Shown: positions 62,019-64,000 of the stretch, piece after piece
Layout of the letters: the number at the start of each line of letters is the position of its first letter
Numbering within the stretch: the stretch's first letter is position 1
IMG/VR virus record: IMGVR_UViG_2857776322_000004
Span: 10,353-74,352 of that record
DNA from: a virus
Length of the DNA stretch: 64,000 nt
Reading direction: 5' to 3' (one strand)
Position numbers and translations under genes: made by a program
The notes under the pieces: generated by a model
Told to the model about the DNA's origin: nothing
Databases searched by the model: none
What the model saw: the letters and a program-made list of their open reading frames with translations, nothing else

Positions 62019-63691
62019 TGCCGTGGCGGCCGTCCGTGGCGGGCGAGCTGCCGACCCTCGGGTGGGGCGTCCTCGACTGGATGACCGACATCCTCGCGGC
62101 GCCCGATCGGCCGGAGTACGAGCCGTTCGTCCCCACGCGGGAGCAGGGGGAGTTCATCCTCCGCTTCTACGAACTCGACCCGGTCACGGGCAAGCGTCTC
62201 CGCCGCCGCGCCGTGCTCTCCCGCCCCCGAGGTTGGGGGAAGTCCCCGCTGTTGGCCGCGATCGCCTGCGCGGAGGCCCTGGGCCCCGTGCTGTTCGCCG
62301 ATTGGGACGACGATGGGCAACCCGTCGGGAAGCCCTGGTGCGAGGTCAGAACCCCGCTCGTCCAGATTGCCGCGGTCAGCGAGAAGCAGACCCAGAACTC
62401 CTGGGTGCCGCTGCTGGAGATGCTGCGCGAGGGCCCCGCCCGGGACGAATACCCGGGGCTCGAAGTCCTCGACACGTTCGTCAACCTGCCGCGCGGACGC
62501 ATCGAACCCATCACGTCGTCACCCGCCAGCGTCAAGGGCAACAAGCCCGTTTTCGCGGTCCTGGACCAGTCCGAGGAATGGGTCCGGTCCAACGGCGGAC
62601 TGAAGATGGCGAAGACAATGCGGATCAACGCCGCGAAGATCGGCGGCTCGACCATCGAGTCCCCGAACGCCTTCACCCCTGGTGACGGCTCAGTGGCCGA
62701 GGAATCCGCCGCCTACTGGGCCCAGATCCAGGAAGGGCGCGCCCGCGACGACGGCCTGTACTACGACCACCGGGAAGCTCCTGCGGCAACGGACCCCGCC
62801 GATCGCGAATCGCTGGTTGCGGGCCTGCGGGTGGCCTACGGGGACTCCTCCGATCACCCGGACGGATGCGTTCTCCACGACCCGCCCTGCGAACCCGGCT
62901 GGTCGCCGATCGACCGCCTCGTCGCGGACTTCTACGACCCGTCCAATGACGTCCAGACCCTGCGCGCCGACTTCCTCAACCAGGTCACCCACGCGGCCGA
63001 CGCCTGGGTGTCCGCTCCGGATTGGGCCGGCGTCGCGGCCACGGCCAAACGCATCGAACCCAAGGACACCATCGTCCTGGGCTTCGACGGTTCGCGTCGC
63101 CGCTCGCACGCGGTCACCGACGCCACGGCACTGGTCGGCTGCCGAGTCTCCGACGGCCACCTGTTCCTCCTCGGCTGCTGGGAACAACCGGACGGAGCCC
63201 TCGGCAAGAACTGGCAGGTACCCACCACCGAGGTCCTGGCCACCGTCGACGAGGCATTCGCGACATACCGCGTCGTCGGCATGTACGCGGACCCGGCGAA
63301 ATGGGAATCGCACGTCGCGACGTGGGAGGCCCGCTACGGCAAGCGCCTGCGGGTGAAGGCCACCGTTCAGCATCCGATCGAGTGGTGGATGGTCGGCGGT
63401 CGCGCGGTGCAGATCGTGCGTGCCCTGGAGAAGTTCCGCTCCGCGATCACGGACGAGGAGCTGACCCACGACGGATCCTCCGCGCTGACTCGCCACATCC
63501 TCAACTGCCGGCGCCGCATGTCGCGCTCGGGACTCCAGATCGCCAAGGAACACCCGGAGTCTGCCAACAAGATCGACGCCGCCGTTGCGGCCGTCCTCGC
63601 CTGGCAGGCCCGGGTCGACGCCGTGTCCAAGGGACTCGGCAAGAGCAATAGGGCGGCTCCCGGCGGGGGCCGCGTCATCGTACTGCGCTGA
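62018..63691 (+). CDS. terL: terminase large subunit
   Basis: RPRGWGKSP Walker A, QIAAVSEKQT, VLDQSE, GFDGS nuclease motif, KIDAAVAA.LA. Confidence 0.93.
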   Translation: MPWRPSVAGELPTLGWGVLDWMTDILAAPDRPEYEPFVPTREQGEFILRFYELDPVTGKRLRRRAVLSRPRGWGKSPLLAAIACAEALGPVLFADWDDDGQPVGKPWCEVRTPLVQIAAVSEKQTQNSWVPLLEMLREGPARDEYPGLEVLDTFVNLPRGRIEPITSSPASVKGNKPVFAVLDQSEEWVRSNGGLKMAKTMRINAAKIGGSTIESPNAFTPGDGSVAEESAAYWAQIQEGRARDDGLYYDHREAPAATDPADRESLVAGLRVAYGDSSDHPDGCVLHDPPCEPGWSPIDRLVADFYDPSNDVQTLRADFLNQVTHAADAWVSAPDWAGVAATAKRIEPKDTIVLGFDGSRRRSHAVTDATALVGCRVSDGHLFLLGCWEQPDGALGKNWQVPTTEVLATVDEAFATYRVVGMYADPAKWESHVATWEARYGKRLRVKATVQHPIEWWMVGGRAVQIVRALEKFRSAITDEELTHDGSSALTRHILNCRRRMSRSGLQIAKEHPESANKIDAAVAAVLAWQARVDAVSKGLGKSNRAAPGGGRVIVLR

Positions 63692-63717
63692 GAACTCAAA
63701 CGGATGGGCGGTGAACC

Positions 63718-64000
63718 TTGGCCGCCGACATCATTTCCCTGCCGCTGACCTACCTGACGGATGATCAGAAGCAACTCATGGCGGTGATGCGTCAGGAGTT
63801 GCAGGCGAACCGGTTCAAGCTCCAGTTGCGGGACGCCTACTACGACGGCCGGCAGTTGATTCGGGACCTGGGCATCAGCATCCCCCCGCAACTCAAGGGC
63901 CTGCATACCGTCATCGGGTGGCCGCGGATCGGCGTGGATGCGTTGGAGCAGCGCCTCGACCTCGAGGCGATGCGCTGGTCGGACGGTTCGGACTCCTCGG
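63718..64000 (+). CDS. portal protein (SPP1 gp6-like), 3'-truncated by window
   Basis: TTG start; DAYYDGRQ..DLGISIPP..VIGWPRIGVDALEQRL. Confidence 0.85.
   Translation, partial: MAADIISLPLTYLTDDQKQLMAVMRQELQANRFKLQLRDAYYDGRQLIRDLGISIPPQLKGLHTVIGWPRIGVDALEQRLDLEAMRWSDGSDSS

Larger units (their letters stand above)
1..64000 (+). mobile_element. Actinobacteriophage/prophage genome segment (early-accessory region to start of head genes)
   Basis: Dense small co-oriented ORFs with overlapping ATGA/GTGA junctions; terminase, portal, HNH, WhiB, SSB, RuvC; boundaries/att sites not in window. Confidence 0.95.

Noticed and set aside
1-64000. Integrase, att sites, reverse transcriptase/DGR or retron
   Set aside because: No recombinase or RT motifs were recognised in any credible frame.

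Overview
The whole window is a high-GC actinobacteriophage or prophage segment, most likely from a Streptomycetaceae host. The host call is an inference from WhiB, DUF397/DUF5753, HrdB-type promoters and Streptomyces-like SSB and RNA ligase. The window runs from an early/replication region (RuvC fragment, WhiB x2, C5 DNA methylase, replication initiator-like gene, SSB) through about 45 kb of accessory genes to the start of the packaging module (HNH, candidate cos, TerS, TerL, portal). No integrase or true tRNA gene was found. Best novel candidate: the same GIY-YIG nuclease domain occurs twice, each time fused to a different DNA-binding domain (Phd/YefM at 5.7 kb, HTH at 33.2 kb). In both cases that domain is a paralog of the small stand-alone regulator encoded just upstream, and the pair sits at a divergent promoter with palindromic operators. 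Other highlights: (1) a Ro60/TROVE gene preceded by three tandem Y RNAs, two with circularly permuted tRNA mimics; (2) an RNA-repair cluster (DRB0094-type ligase, Thg1, Rnl1, Pnkp); (3) four glycosyltransferases with an epimerase and a methyltransferase next to a DUF4082/Thr-Pro repeat protein, a candidate virion-glycosylation system; (4) an intergenic 12-bp iteron-like array; (5) a predicted perfect four-way RNA junction plus uORF upstream of terS. Four genes are broken by a one-base loss in a G/C homopolymer, which points to sequencing error. All family assignments come from motif recognition by eye; no searches were run.
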